Part shown: positions 1 through 15,200 of the stretch, piece by piece
Position numbering within the stretch: the stretch's first letter is position 1
Layout of the letters: the number at the start of each line of letters is the position of its first letter
NCBI GenBank assembly: GCA_951406725.2
Contig: OX597815.1
Coordinates: 189,740,001-189,988,000 of the forward strand
DNA: 248,000 nt
Direction: 5' to 3'
DNA from: Octopus vulgaris
Lineage: Eukaryota
The notes under the pieces: model-generated
Seen by the model: only the letters and a program-made list of their open reading frames with translations
Databases searched by the model: none
What the model was told of the DNA's origin: nothing
Made by a program: the position numbers and the translations under genes

Positions 1-2179
1 TCGCTTGACAACCGATGCTGGTGTGTTTATGCCCCCGTCACTTAGCTGTTCAGCCAAAAAAGAGACCGATAGAATAAGTACTAGGCTTACTACAAAGAAT
101 AAGTCGTGGGGTCAATTTGCTCAACTAAAGGTGGTGCTCCAGCATGGCCACATTCAAATGACTGAAACAAGTAAAAGTGTATATGTATGTGTGTGTGTGT
201 GTGTAAGTGTGTGTGTGTGTATGTATGTCACACTTCAAAACCACACTTTTTTACTCCTTGAACCAGGACTAAAGTCAGGTTACCTACAGAAAAGAGATTT
301 AATTCCATGCATGCAAGACACTAACAGTTTTGTTCTTTTGTTCAAACCATTACTGCCTTGAAATGAAATTCTTCATTTTTCTCACAAGCAAAAGTTACAC
401 TGCATCTTTGACTTGAAGCTTCCATTACATTATGATTTTTACCTTATCTACAACTGAACAGGTAATTTTGAATTCTGAAGGAGCTGTCTCAAGCAAGCAC
501 AGTATAAATTTTGACTAAGCTATAGCTCATTTTTATCAGGATTGTCAAATGAGTGCTTGTGTTTATAAAATCGATTTATGAATGACAACTCAGTTGCTCC
601 AGTATAATTTTTACATTCATCTCCGTTGTTTATTTCCTTTTTAGCACTACATGTAGAGTAATCGCTCACCATATTGCATTTCACCTATCGCAGTTTATTA
701 TTTAAGCTTACGTCAATATCTCTGTGGTGTTGTTTTGCATTTATAATAAAATAAAAATATACAAATTATAAAAATGATAAAATACACAGTACAGTACTGT
801 TTCTACTTTACAGATTTTCACCTATCGTGGGGTGGGGTTGAGGGTTGGAAAGTAATACCCGTCAATGGATTGCTATAATCAATTTTGCCAAATGGGTACA
901 AATTACCTAGAGGGCAATTCGCATAAATTCTACTGTTACATAACTTTTGTTAACCTTTTATTTACCTGTCTTTTCCATTGAGCTTTATAGCATTATAACC
1001 TCTGATACAACAACCAATCTTCTTACATACTGAATGAATAATCTTAACACAGTTTTTTTTTTATATCTTTCTATACTTAAGGCGGCGAGCTGGCACAAAC
1101 GTTAGCACACCGGGCAAAATGCTTAGCTGTATTTCATCTGTCTTTACTTTCTGAGATCAAATCTCACTGAGGTCAACTTTGCCTTTCATCCTTTCGGAGT
1201 CAATAAATCAAGTACCAGTTGCATACTGAGATCGATCTAATCGACTGGCACCTTCCCCAAAAATTTTGGGCCTTGTGCCTAGAGTAGAAAAGAATATCTT
1301 TATATACTTACGCCCTATCACAAAATTTTAATCAATTAGATTCAGGAATTCTTTAGCTATATTAGTCATTACTATAAGATTAAATACTGCCTTTACCATA
1401 AAATGTTCCTTTGCTTATTCCTGTTCTTACCTGTGCATATCCAGTGTTTTTTAATTATCTAATCTTACCAGAAAACTTACAATTTCTCAGCACCTCATAA
1501 TAATGCCCAGTCCGCATTATAAAGACATTTTCATAAGAAGATATCAAAGATAACATTTTACCAATTTGTCGACCAAGCTCTCCAAGATACTAAGCAGGGG
1601 ATTTGATTGTTGGTGTATGTACACCCAATATCTCATTGGTTTCTGGTATGGTGTGAAGATCTATGTCAGTAATATCAGTGTACCCAGCAAACCATGACGT
1701 GTAAGCTGCATGCTGATTGGTCAAAACCATATTTCAAAAATTCAGTTTGTTGGAGCCTTCTAAGAGGTACAAAAAGCAGAATTCAGTTATTTTACTACAG
1801 TTGTCAAGAACTCAACTGTCAGTTAAATACATTTTGAAATCTGATGATTACTATGAATGTATGAAAATACTAATTGAACTTTAGGAACATTACAAAATAT
1901 GGTTTTAATGTTCAACACAATTCAACATTGTAAAAAAATTGTTTTAAATACAATAATGAAACAGGGGAAAGCCAGATCGTGTTGCAACATTATGCCGGTG
2001 GTATGTAAAAAGCACCCACTACACTCTCAGAGTGGTTGATGTTAGGAAGGGCATCCAGCTGTAGAAATACTGCCAAATCAGACTGGAGCCTGGTGCAGCC
2101 TTCTGGCTTCCTAGACCTCAGTCGAACAGTCCAACCCATGCCAGTATGGAAAACAGATGTTAAACGATAATGATGATGA

Positions 2180-2220
<41 letters not shown>

Positions 2221-2523
2221 TATGTGGAGGCCCAGTGGTTAGGGCAGCGGACTCGCAGTCGTAGGATTGCGGTTTCGATTCCCAGGCCGGGCGTTGTGAG
2301 TGTTTATTGAGCGAAAACACCTAAAGCTCCACTAGGCTCCAGCAGGGGGTGGTGGCGATCCCTGCTGTACTCTTTCGCCACAACTTTCTCTCACTCTTTC
2401 TTCTGTTGGCCTGCTCGCTTAGCCAGCAGGGTGGTGTCATTTGAAGGCTAAAGCAATGCGAAGCGCATTGTGACCAGCAATGTGTAGCAACATCTGATAG
2501 CCTGGTCGGTCATGGTGATCACG

Positions 2524-2558
<35 letters not shown>

Positions 2559-3442
2559 TTTAAATGATGTTCAACAAAAATGAGGTTTGATCTTCCAATT
2601 GCTTATATGCACCTCATACCATAACTCCATCCCCTCCATGGTTAACTGTTGCTTACAAATACTCTAAATTCCATGTTTCAGGTTTATTATGCTACACATA
2701 TAATAGCCAAGAAATGGAAAATTGCCAAAGTTTACTTTTGTTTGGCCATTATTATCGATAACCGAAACACCTCCCCTGTTGCAGAAATCTTTAACCCAGC
2801 TAACATATCTGATCTTATTGGCTTTTTACTTATAATTCTTCATTCTTATCCAAGGTCTTTCAGTGCTGTTCTGACACAACATGGTGACATATACATAGAA
2901 TCTGCAACCTTTCAAACATTTGCAAGTTGTTGTTGTATAATTTCTCTTTTAACTGCCTTCTTTGCTCTTTCAAAAACTATCTGTCACCTCTTAGATCTCT
3001 TCTTCTCTCAACAATAACTGTATTCAGTCCTCCTCTTAGCCTTGCTATTCATTATTTAACCAACTCATTAATTAAAGAAATGATCAATTAGTTAGTTGGT
3101 TAGATATTTAGCCGAATGACTAACAATAAAGAAGTGATATTGAACCAGTGCATGTGTTTATCATTACTGGTGTAATGACCCTCCCAAGATGCTACAAGAT
3201 TTATTTCAACCCACAGATTCATATGAAGAATCTTGCAAATCAAATAATGTGAACTATATTATTCCTTGTTCAGTTATTAGTAGTGAAAAAAATATTAGTC
3301 ATAAAATTATTCAATTTCATTTTCCACATTCATATAATATGACTTTGCTCAAGAGTACATTCATCAATACGTTTTTTCCCATTAGTTTCCAGTCGCATGT
3401 TTATTAAATCAAAGTTACAATTAATCCAAGATGACAATTAAA

Positions 3443-3482
<40 letters not shown>

Positions 3483-3894
3483 GCAATGAAGAAAAAATTT
3501 ATTAGAAAAATTTGAAAAGGCAACAGACCAATAAAATGTTTGCATCAACCACATCTATATCTATATCCATGCATGCATACGTACATACATACAAACATAC
3601 ATACATACATACATACATACATACATACATACAAACATATATACATACATACATACATAACATACATGCACACAAACATACATACATACATACATACATA
3701 CATACATACATACATACATACATACAAAGAAACATACATATATATACACATACACACATTTTTTCCCCATCTATCATGGTGCAGTTCTTCCTTTATTACT
3801 ACTTTATTATTAATTCTTAACTCACCAAAATCAGTGATCACAAATATGAACATGTATATCTGCTTGTGTGTGTTTATGTATATTCATATATATG

Positions 3895-4014
<120 letters not shown>

Positions 4015-4895
4015 ACTCTCTCTCCATATATATATATATCACTCTGTATATATATGTGAAGGTGCATCGCATGGCTCAGTGGTTAGACAGTCGAGCTTAC
4101 AATCATGAGGTTGTGAGTTCAAATCCTGGACCGAACTGTGTGTTTTCTTCTTGAGCAAGACACTTTATTTCATGTTGCTCCAGTGGACTCAGCTGTAGAA
4201 ATGAATTGCAACATCACAGGTGCCAAGCTGTATCAGCCTTTGCCTTTCCTTTGGATAACATCGGTGGTGTGGAGAGGGGAAGCTGGTATGCATGGGTGAC
4301 TGCTAGTCTTCCATAAACAACCTTGCCCGGACCTGTTCCTAGGAGGGTAACTTTCTAGGTGCAATCCCATGGTCAGTCATAACCGAAGGAGGTCTCAGCA
4401 GTACATATATGTATATACACACACACACACATATGTATATATATATATATAAATTAGAAAAAATCACCTTTTATCAATTCAAAATGAAAAATTAAATTAC
4501 ACCATCTAGAAAATTACATATAATAGAAATATTAGATATAAGATTTTAAAAAATATACTGATGATTAAGTAATGTGCAAAATAATCAATAAAACGTATAT
4601 ATTTTATAGAATAACATTATTATACCAAATATATACGCTTTATTTATTATTTTGCGCATTACTTAATCATCAGGATATTTTTTTCATCTTATATTTAATA
4701 TTTCTATTATATGTAATTTTCTAGATGGTGTAATTTAATTTTTCATTTAGAATTGATAAAAGGTAGATTTTTCTAATTTATTTATATATTATATTTTGTG
4801 AAATTTGATTTAGTATTTATAAATTGAATTTTTCCCTGTAAGTTAGGAATAATATTCCCTCAAATTATTATTATTATTATTATTATTAGTATATA

Positions 4896-4926
<31 letters not shown>

Positions 4927-5521
4927 TGTTATATTTCAGAATGGTCATTTTGCCAGTTTAGTCATTAAAAATACACGCACTATATATTTGGTGTTACTTT
5001 GCTTCAGTGTTATTTATTTTTTACATTAATCTTAGTCTTATTTCCGCCAGAGTTCTTTCGTCACACTCCTGTGACCGCATCAGTGGTCCTTTGTTTTCTT
5101 CTTTCTTATTTGTGTCTCTCCTTACTAACCGTCAACCATTTTGTATACAAAATACAAAATGGCTTACGGTTAGTAAGGAGAGACACAAATAAGAAAGAAG
5201 AAAACAAAGGACCACTGATGCGGTGCCATTTGTATTTTGTATACAAAATGGTTGACGGTTAGCAAGGAGAGACACAAATAAGAAAGAAGAAAACAAAGGA
5301 CCACTGATGCGGTCACAGGAGTGTGACGAAAGAACTCTGGCCGAAATAAGATTAAGATTAATGTAAAAAATAAATAACACTGAAGCAAAGTAACACCAAA
5401 TATATAGTGCATGTGTTTTTAATGACTAAACTGGCAAAATGACCATTCCGAAATATAACAATATCTGTTTCAACACACGACTTCACATAAAAAATCTTGC
5501 ACAACAAATATATAAACGTAC

Positions 5522-5616
<95 letters not shown>

Positions 5617-6439
5617 TATACATACATATATATATACATGTATATACATATAATCAAAATAAGCAACAAGGATATCTAAGGTAGTGTAGTACAATCGTTT
5701 CATGCTACATCATTTTTATTAAACACAGTAAGTATTACATCAGTTTTAAAATGTAGAGCAATCTTCAGCCACACATAGATTTTTTTTAATTAAATGGACA
5801 ATGTACATTTTTATACTTATTTCATTTACCAACATTACAGGTTAATTTCATCATTAAGAATATGGTAGTAGAATGTCCTTGCCCATCTGTAGATTTTTTA
5901 TCATTGAGTTCACTTTGTTATTTAGATCAACCAATGGGAAGGGGGTTTCTTCATTTGTTTCAATAGAGACAAACAAGACATTTTTCTATTTACTCTCTCT
6001 CTCTTTTACTTGTTTCAGTCATTTGACTGCGGCCATGCTGGAGCACCGCCTTTAGGCAAGCAAATCGACCCCGGGACTTATTCTTTGTAAGCCCAGTACT
6101 TATTCTATCGGTCTCTTTTGCCAAACTGCTAAGTGACGGGATGTAAACACATCAGCATTGGTTGTCAAGCAATGCTAGGGGGACAAACACAGACACACAA
6201 ACACACACACACATATATATACATATATACGACAGGCTTCTTTCAGTTTCTGTCTACCAAATCCACTCACAAGGCATTGGTCGGCCCGGGGCTATAGCAA
6301 AAGATACTTGCCCAAGATTCCACACAGTGGGACTGAACCCGCAACCATGTGGTTGGTTAGCAGAGCAAGCTACTTACCACACAGCCACTCCTGTAGAAAG
6401 AAGAAAGGGTAGTACATATGTCAAAGCCATAAATCCATC

Positions 6440-7330
6440 CTCATTTTGAGGAATTTAACTTAGGCCTATTTGAAAGTATTTTAGCAAAAGTTAGTTGGCT
6501 GAAGCTAGTGGGGTAGGGAGAATAGAGACTACTAATGCTCTAGAGATTTCTAATGTCCCTTACCATTTAACAGCCATAATTTCACTTGTGAATTTTAAAT
6601 AACTATCCTTTAGATAATTTTCCAAAGGATTCCAATAAATTTTAGTACCTTATATAGGGATAGAAAATATAGAGATCATTTCATATTTATCTAAATATAT
6701 ATATATCAATTTCTATTAATATAGATTCACAGTTAGTTAGTAAATAGCGATTTATTTTATTAATAAGTTAAATTAAACAAATATGCTAGACATAATATTT
6801 ACTAACTGTAAAAAAAACCCTTATCAATTAGCACATATATCAAGAGTCTATATGATATATTAAAAAGTAATGGAAGGGAGGTAATCAAGATGGACTAAAT
6901 AATTTCACTAGATATATAGAAGTTTTGCAATCCCATATAAAAGAGTATCAAAATATTCTAATTTCACTTTATTCAAATTTATTTATATTATAAAATTTCT
7001 TAATAATCTATTCAGGTTAAATAAAAGCTAGTATGGTATATAAATTCTTTATTTGGTTACAAAATATTAAGAAAATTTAGGAATGGTCAGAATGCTATTA
7101 TTTAAAATACTTAAAAATACGGGTGGCACAATGTATGCAGGATATCCTAGTTCAAAACGGTTATTCAATAAGTTTATATTATTTGTATCTTTCAAAATTT
7201 CATATGTCTCCATAGAACAAAGTTCACATCCATCCCTACTATTTTTATAGGGCTGTGCCTTTCTTATTATATCCCATTTTAGGTTAAATTCAATATTTTT
7301 TTCTTTCAATTCCCAAATTTTACTGTACAA
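6440..7330 (-). mobile_element. Penelope-like remnant, GIY-YIG C-terminus
   Basis: YSKIWELKEKNIEFNLKWDIIRKAQPY...CELCSMETYEIL...LLNNRFEL. Confidence 0.8.
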
Positions 7331-10300
7331 TATGTGTGATTAGCAAATGAGTGTGTAGGAGTGGCGTGGGAGTTTGAGGTCAATGACAAAAAAGGATGAT
7401 AGCATGCAAAAAAGTGAAAGTTTTGAAATTTTTAAACTTAACTGTCTCAAACCACCCGTTTTCATGATATTTCAGCATCCCTTTGCAGTCCCTTTCAAAT
7501 CATTTCTAGAGGAAGCGATTTGCAGTCCCTTTTAAATCGCTCCCAGAGCACTGTTATTTGCAGTCCCTTTCAAATTGTTTCAAGAGGACTGAAATTTGCA
7601 GTCCCTTTCAAATCACTCCTAGGGGACTGCAGGCCTTACTTTGAGAATCACTGCTTTAGAGCCTTATGCTTTAATCCAGTATGAGCCAAAAACGTTAAAA
7701 AGCTCCCCAGAAATAAATATTTGGTAATGAATATACAATATTAGCATAATCTACTATAATGCATAATATTATATGCAATATTTTATATTAAGAAATATGA
7801 GGAACAATTCCAAATATATTTTGATCATATGATCTCCTCTGTGAACTATGGACTTCATCAAATATGCCAAAGAAATGATGAAAAAATTGTTAAGTAAATG
7901 CACAGAATTGTACAATTGTTCTCAAAGGAAATCAGAGTTGTATAGAAATTCAGAGATGCTATTCATATGAAAAATAATGCATAATTTGATGTTAGCATAT
8001 CTTTTTTGGTTGAGGTCACTAAAAAGTTAAGCAGAAATATATGTCATGAGAAAAAGTATATATATTAGTCAATGAGTAATATTGTTCCTATTTTTTTTTT
8101 CTCCATCAAGTACAAGAGATAACGTGAGACAGATTCTAAGAAGACTTGTTATCAATATGTTCAATTTCCTCAAACTTATGTGACTACAACTCTGCCTCTT
8201 GTCCTATCTTTCCTCTTTCGTAGCACTTATCATTAATAAATTTGTTTCACTTTTACCATTGTTCTGATATTGAATTATTTCCACCTTTGATATAAACTTG
8301 TTGAACAAATTTAGCTGTCCATCGACAAACTATGAACGCAACTATCTATAACACATTGCTAGGCATTGCCTTTGTTAATTAAAATAGGTTTCTAAGTCAT
8401 CAATCATGTTAAGAATCTTCCCTGGTATAGAAAGAAGAGAGAAATCTCAAATAATTTAAAATTTATGGACTGTTTACCCATTCTTTCATGTTTCTGTGTT
8501 CTACATGAATTTTGAGTGTATCTACAAATTATAGATTCTTTTAGCAATAACTCATTTCACATATTTAGATATGGGAGGTACTTGGTACTATCATTCAACA
8601 CAATTCTTTTGTATTCTAGTTTTGCAAGTCAGTAAATAAATTACTTCAGTTCTGTAATATATTACAAATCTTTTAACAAGACATTCGATGTCAAATCTTA
8701 ATCTTTGTTCCAACTTTCTTCAAAAGTCAGACAAAAAGACATTCTTCTTTTCATATATTTCAAAGTTATAATTCTTACACCAAACACTATATATTTCTAA
8801 ACAGATCCAGCCTCTTTAGGAGCAGATTTAAGATAACTTTTTTGTTTTCCAGCTGGTTTACTAAATACTGGCATAAAATAAACCAATTTAGCAATTAAAT
8901 TGATAAAGGGAATAAAAATAAAATTCCCATATCAGCACTTCAAACAGTTGGAAGTTCAAGTTTGACTTCCTTTCTTTTAAAGACACCAGTTATTCTTCCT
9001 TTTATGCTTTCTGGTTTTGGTCATTATACTGCAGCCATGCAATGAGAGTGAGTTCTGTCTTTGAGAATGGTTTGTCTGATATTTCATTGATCTATATTTT
9101 ATTGAATACCAAAGTCACCTCTTGTTACAGTACCATTATTCTAACTAATGGCATTACATCAAATACATAAACAAGGCAGCAAGTTGGCCGAATTGTTAGT
9201 ACACCAGGTGAAATGCTTTGCGACATTTCATCTGTCTTTTATGTTCTGAGTTCAAATTCTGTTGAATTTGATTTTGGCTTTCATCCTGTAAGGGTTGATA
9301 AAATAAATATCAGATGAGCACTGGGGTTGATATAATCAATTTATGCCCACCACTGAACTTGCTGGCCTGTGCCAAAACTTGAAACCATTATATCAGACCC
9401 ATGAACAAAAACACCGAGACACACTATTACATAGATTTACACAAATTATATTGAGTGGCTGTGTGGTACGTAGCTTGCTTACCAACCACATGGTTCCAGG
9501 TTCTGTTCCACTGCATGGCACCGCGGGCAAGTGTCTTCTACTAGTGGTTAGAGCATCGGATCGCTGTCAAGGGATCGCAGGTTCGCATCTCAGACCAGGT
9601 GATGAGTGTGTCTATGAGCAAAACACCTAAGCTCCACGCGGCTCCGGCAGAAGGTAATGGCGAAATTCTGCTGTCCTCCTGCATCTTGCTGCTCATCTGC
9701 GACGGACTGGCGTCCCATCCAGGTGGGGAGCCTATAAGCCAAGGAAACTGGGAAATCGGCCCTTATGAGCCAGGGATGGTTCAAGAATGAAAAAAGAATG
9801 AACAGTGGCTCATCTGCTTCACTGAATCAATCTACTTTGTGTAGTAGTATTGGATTAAATCAAGTTCCACCACCAGCTCGATGCTCTGGTACTTAGTCAA
9901 CAGAAAGATCCTCAGATACCACATAAGAAACTTGATATTGTTTCCCATGACAAAAATGGTAAAAGTGTGTTGATTAACATAGCAATATCAGATGAAGAAT
10001 TGAGCTGAAAGCTGAGGAATTACACCATCTTTGCTATTGAATTAAAAAATATTACAGTATTTATTAAATGTGTTCATCACCATATTGTATTAAGCATCAC
10101 CTTAACCCTTTCGTTAACTGTATTTATTTTGAGATGCTCAGTGTTTCTTTCAATTACTTTAAATATAACAAAGAATTTAGTAAAATAACTTAGTTATCAT
10201 TAAGCTAGTGTTAGGAACATAAATTGTGACTAAGGTTTGATGAAAAATTTTAATTCAAAATTTATGTAAACAAGACATTTGTACTACAGAGCCAGAAGTG

Positions 10301-10906
10301 GTTTCAGCCAGGTTGGTAACAAAAAGGTTGGGGGATACACAGCTATTTTTGTGAAGATTATCAACCTGTAAGACTGGAGACAAGCACATTCTGAAACAGT
10401 GTAACTTTAGGATCTCTAAATATCACCAGGGCATTATAATATAATAGTTATTGACTTTGTTAGCCTTTGACATCTCTGTCAATTGGTCCTTAATTTTTAA
10501 GTACATTTTATACATAAATATTTTGAGAATGGAGACTCTTGATATCATTCTCAAACCATGAAAACTAAAAATAAACTAGCAAAAAGGAAGAAGAAACCAA
10601 GATTTTTTATTTTTTTTTTTTTTTGCTTGAAGAAAATAAAATTTTTTTAATGATGTGTGATAAGAATGATAGTCAGCTGTAGAGACATCAAATCATTTAG
10701 AAAATTAATTTATTTGGAGACACTTGTCTGTAAAGAATATAGAATAGGAAATATGAGATTTTTATTATAATTTTAAAATTGGAAAGTTCCTAAAATGTAA
10801 TTAGGAGAATTTGTTGGTACAAGGTATTTATTGTTGTTGCGATTTCCTCCTCCCGATAATAATAATAATGATAATAATAATAATAATAATAATGATAATA
10901 ATAATA

Positions 10907-10959
<53 letters not shown>

Positions 10960-12179
10960 AATAATAATACAGTTGTAGTGTTTATTATCTGCTAAGATAA
11001 CAGAAGCTAGAAATATGTCACATTTCAGAATACAACATCATTATAATATTCTTATAATCTTATAAGGTTTGGTCTTATAATCCTATAAGCAAGCAGAATT
11101 GATAACACACTAGGCAAAATGCTCAAAGGCATTTTGTCACTTTATTTTCTGAGTTCAAATTCTGCCAAATCCAATTTTATCTTTCATCCTTTTGGGGTCA
11201 ACAAAATAAGTACCAGTTAAGCACTAGAGTCAATGCAATCAGCTTATCTCTCCCCCAATATTGCCAGCCTTGTGCCAAAAATTGGAACCAATATTCTTAT
11301 AATCTTTAACAGATTTAAGCCACTGGATTTCTGCCATGCTGGGGGCATCATCATCAAGGCTTATCAACTCCAATGGCTTTCTGACTTCTGTGCACGTAAA
11401 AGTACCAACCGATCGTGGTTGCTGTCAGCCTCCCCTGGCACCTGTGCTGGTGGCACGTAAAAAGCACCCACTACACTCAATGAGTGGTTGGCGTTAGGAA
11501 GGGCAACCAGCTGTAGAAACACTGCCAGATCAGACTGGAGCCTGGTGCAGCCTCCTGGCTTCCCAGACCCTGGTCGAACTGTCCAACCTGTGCTAGCAGG
11601 GAAAACGGACATTAAACGATGAGGATGATGATGATGATGATGATGATGAAAAGAGTGACAATAAGGCCAATTCTAGCTCAAAAGGGCCACATCTTGAAAG
11701 AAACTAAATACACTTAGGTATTCTTGTTTCATTCAGATTACAAATACACACTCATCCAAATATGCAATAGACTTCTGGACAGATCCATCTACGAAATTTC
11801 CCTCACTATTTCAGTCACTCAAAGGCTACGGTACAATACAGCTGCCCAGAGTCCTGAATAAAATGACCAAACCCAGAGCCATATGGTTACAAAGTGAATT
11901 TTTTAACATCTCAAACATACCAAGTTATTTATTTCTATTTTATTGATGTGATCAAATGTTAAACAAAATTTCATCCTGTTATTCTTATATTGGTTTCAGT
12001 CATTGGAGAACGGCCATGCTGGGGCACTGTCTTCAAGTATTTTATTTCTGTCCTGTACTTATTTAACTATCAACATCCTTTTCTATTTTTTTTTTTTTTT
12101 TGTCATAGAGGAATGACACATGCTATGTTAATTTACATCAACGCAGACTAATACAGATATGGTCTTTCATACACACTCA

Positions 12180-12241
<62 letters not shown>

Positions 12242-15200
12242 CACTCATTATAGGTTTCCAAATAGCTTTTTTCTACCAAATTCTACTCAAGTTATTGGTC
12301 AACCAAAGTGTTAGTAAAATATACTAAACTAAGGAGCCATGCATCAGGTTCAGACATGGAATTATGGTATCACATGCATTTTGTAATCAATAAAATTGTT
12401 GATTTAAGGTTCAACCAGCCCACCAACTCAACCACATATTTACAAACACCAGGAACTCAAATCATCATCATCATCATCATTGTTTAACGTCTATTTTCCT
12501 TGACGGCATGGGTTGGACGGTTTGACTGGGGTCTGGAAAGCCAGCGGCTGCACCAGGCTCCAGTCTGATCTGGCAGTGTTCTACAGCCAGATGCCCTTCC
12601 TAATGCCAACCACTCCAAGAGTGTTGTGGGTGGTTTTTATGTGTCACCAGCACAGGAGCCAGTTAGGTGGGCCTAGCATCAATCATGTTCAGATAGTGCT
12701 TTTTACGTGTCACCAGCATGGGAGCCAGTTAGGGGGCACTGGCATCAGCCACATTCAGATGGTGCATTTTACATACCTATTTCTTTACTACCCACAAGAG
12801 GGGACAAACAAAGACAGACATAGGTATTAAGTCGATTACATCGATCCCAGTGCATAACTGGTACTTAATTTATCGACCCCGAAAGGATGAAAGGTAAAGT
12901 CGACCTCGGCAGAATTTGAACTCACAACGTAACGGCAGACGAAATACCGCTAAGCATTTCACCTGGTGTGCTAACGCTTCTGCCAGCTCGCTACCACCGG
13001 TACAGGAACCACTCAGTGGGCCACTGGCATCAGTCACAACTCCAAAAAGTGTTGTTGCTTTGTTAGAAACTGGTTTGACCTCTCTCAATAAGAACTTAAA
13101 TGAACCTCATACATACATATGATGGATTGCTGCACAGCTTCTGTCAAGCCAGTTTCATTCATAAAATATTATTTGAACCATGGCCTTAGTAGAACAGACT
13201 TACCCAAGGTGCTGCACAGAGATTTCCAATCTAGAAATACATGGTTGTGAAGAAAACTTCTTAATTACACAGACAAACCTGAACTCAAACATCAAATTAA
13301 TGAAGTTAATCATTTAGAGCAATATACCTCTAAAAAGACATCGAATAAATTAATCAAATAAAATAAAATATTAGGTATGGCATTTGAACTTACAACATAT
13401 ATCTTCAATTGCCTATTCAATTATAACCATAATTCTTGTTTTTCTTTCCATTGTAGCTTATCACACAGTAATTGGACATAAACATTAAATTATTTATGAT
13501 AATTATATTTTCATGAAAAATCAAAGGTTTATAACAGAAACAATGACAATTCATTATCTTTGGTCATTATTTCTGTAAAGCTCTAAATTAAATATCCAGA
13601 ATGATTGAAATGAAACTAATCTAAAGACATATATAATTACAAATGGGTGTATTTGTTGAAAGTATTCAAGTGGTATCTGATTTCCAAGATTTCATACAAC
13701 TTATATTTAATAAAGAAGAATGAAAGCCGAGTGCTAACAACATTGATAATTAAAGATGTTTGAAAAATATTGTGTGAAAGAAACGGAATTCCAAATATTG
13801 AACAGCAATTACCATTTTTTATTTTACTCAATTAATTTAGTTTTGACATTTATTACAAAAAACATATTCATATTTTATTCATAAGGATTTTAATTTGATG
13901 AACAGCTTCTTGTTATTATTTTAAAGAACTGACTTCTTGATAAAATCACAAACAGTAAACATTTTGTTTAATTTTTCATAGCAAAGATTGCTATCCTTAA
14001 TCTGTGTATTTTGATATGAAAGATTCAATATTTACAGATAGAAAGTAATTAATATAATAGCTTGATTATTAATAATTATGTACAAGAGAAGAATTTATAT
14101 TTCTTTAATAAATATTGAAGAAAGAAGGTCACAATTGATAAGCGTTAACGATTAAACGAAAATACATTCATTTCATTCTTTTTAATAGCCTTAGAAGAAT
14201 ATGGATAAAAGTGGATATTAGATAAAGAGAACGTCTCATGTTCTCTCTAAACTGTACATCTGTGCAGATACATGCATAGTTTGTAACCACAACTCAAAAG
14301 AGATCAATTTAAGCACAAGAAATGAATGTGGACACAAAGATAGGCCACCAAAAATAAACTAGTTGAATAGTAAGAAGTTTGCTTCCTAACTACAGGGTTG
14401 TTATATTCAAAGTGATTGAAAGAAACACGGAGCATCTCAAAATAAATACAGTAACGAAAGGGTTAAATCTTTTAATGGCAGTTTCAGGTAAGATGGTATC
14501 AAACAGGTTAAAAATAATGACCATCATCAGTATGATACTATAGGTTCTAATTGTTACTGTTGCTAGAAACAATAGCACCATTTTAAGGAGTAGCTCTGTG
14601 GTAAGTAGCTTGCTTACCAACCACATGGTTCTGGGTTCAGTCCCACTGCATGGCACCTTGGGCAAGTGTCTTCTACTATAGCCTCAGCCAAATAAAGCTC
14701 TGTGAGTGAATTTGGTAGATGGAAACTGAAAGAAGCCCTTCATATCTTTATATATGTATGTATGTATGTAATATATATGTATGTATGTATGTAATATATA
14801 TGTATGTATGTGTATATATGTATGTATGTATGCATATTATGTGTGTGTGTGTGTATGTGTTTGTTGCCCAACACTTACCAACTGGTGTTGGTGTGTTTAC
14901 GTCCCCGTAACTTAGCAGTACCAGACTCAAAAAGAATAATTACTGCTGTCTGTTCATTTGATTAGAAATTCTTCGAGGCAGTGCCCCAGCATGGCCACAG
15001 TCTAATGACTGGAACAGGTAAGAGAGTAATAGATCTTGTACAGTATAGCCCAGTCACCATCTGTGAGGGAATACAGCTTAGTAACATCTACCACACTTTC
15101 ACTAATAGTTTTAGGGGCCTGTGTAATCACAAGCAGAGATAAACACCTCTCAGTCATCTCACCCTTGACCCAGTGAACATGCAGGCTATGATAGCTAAAG

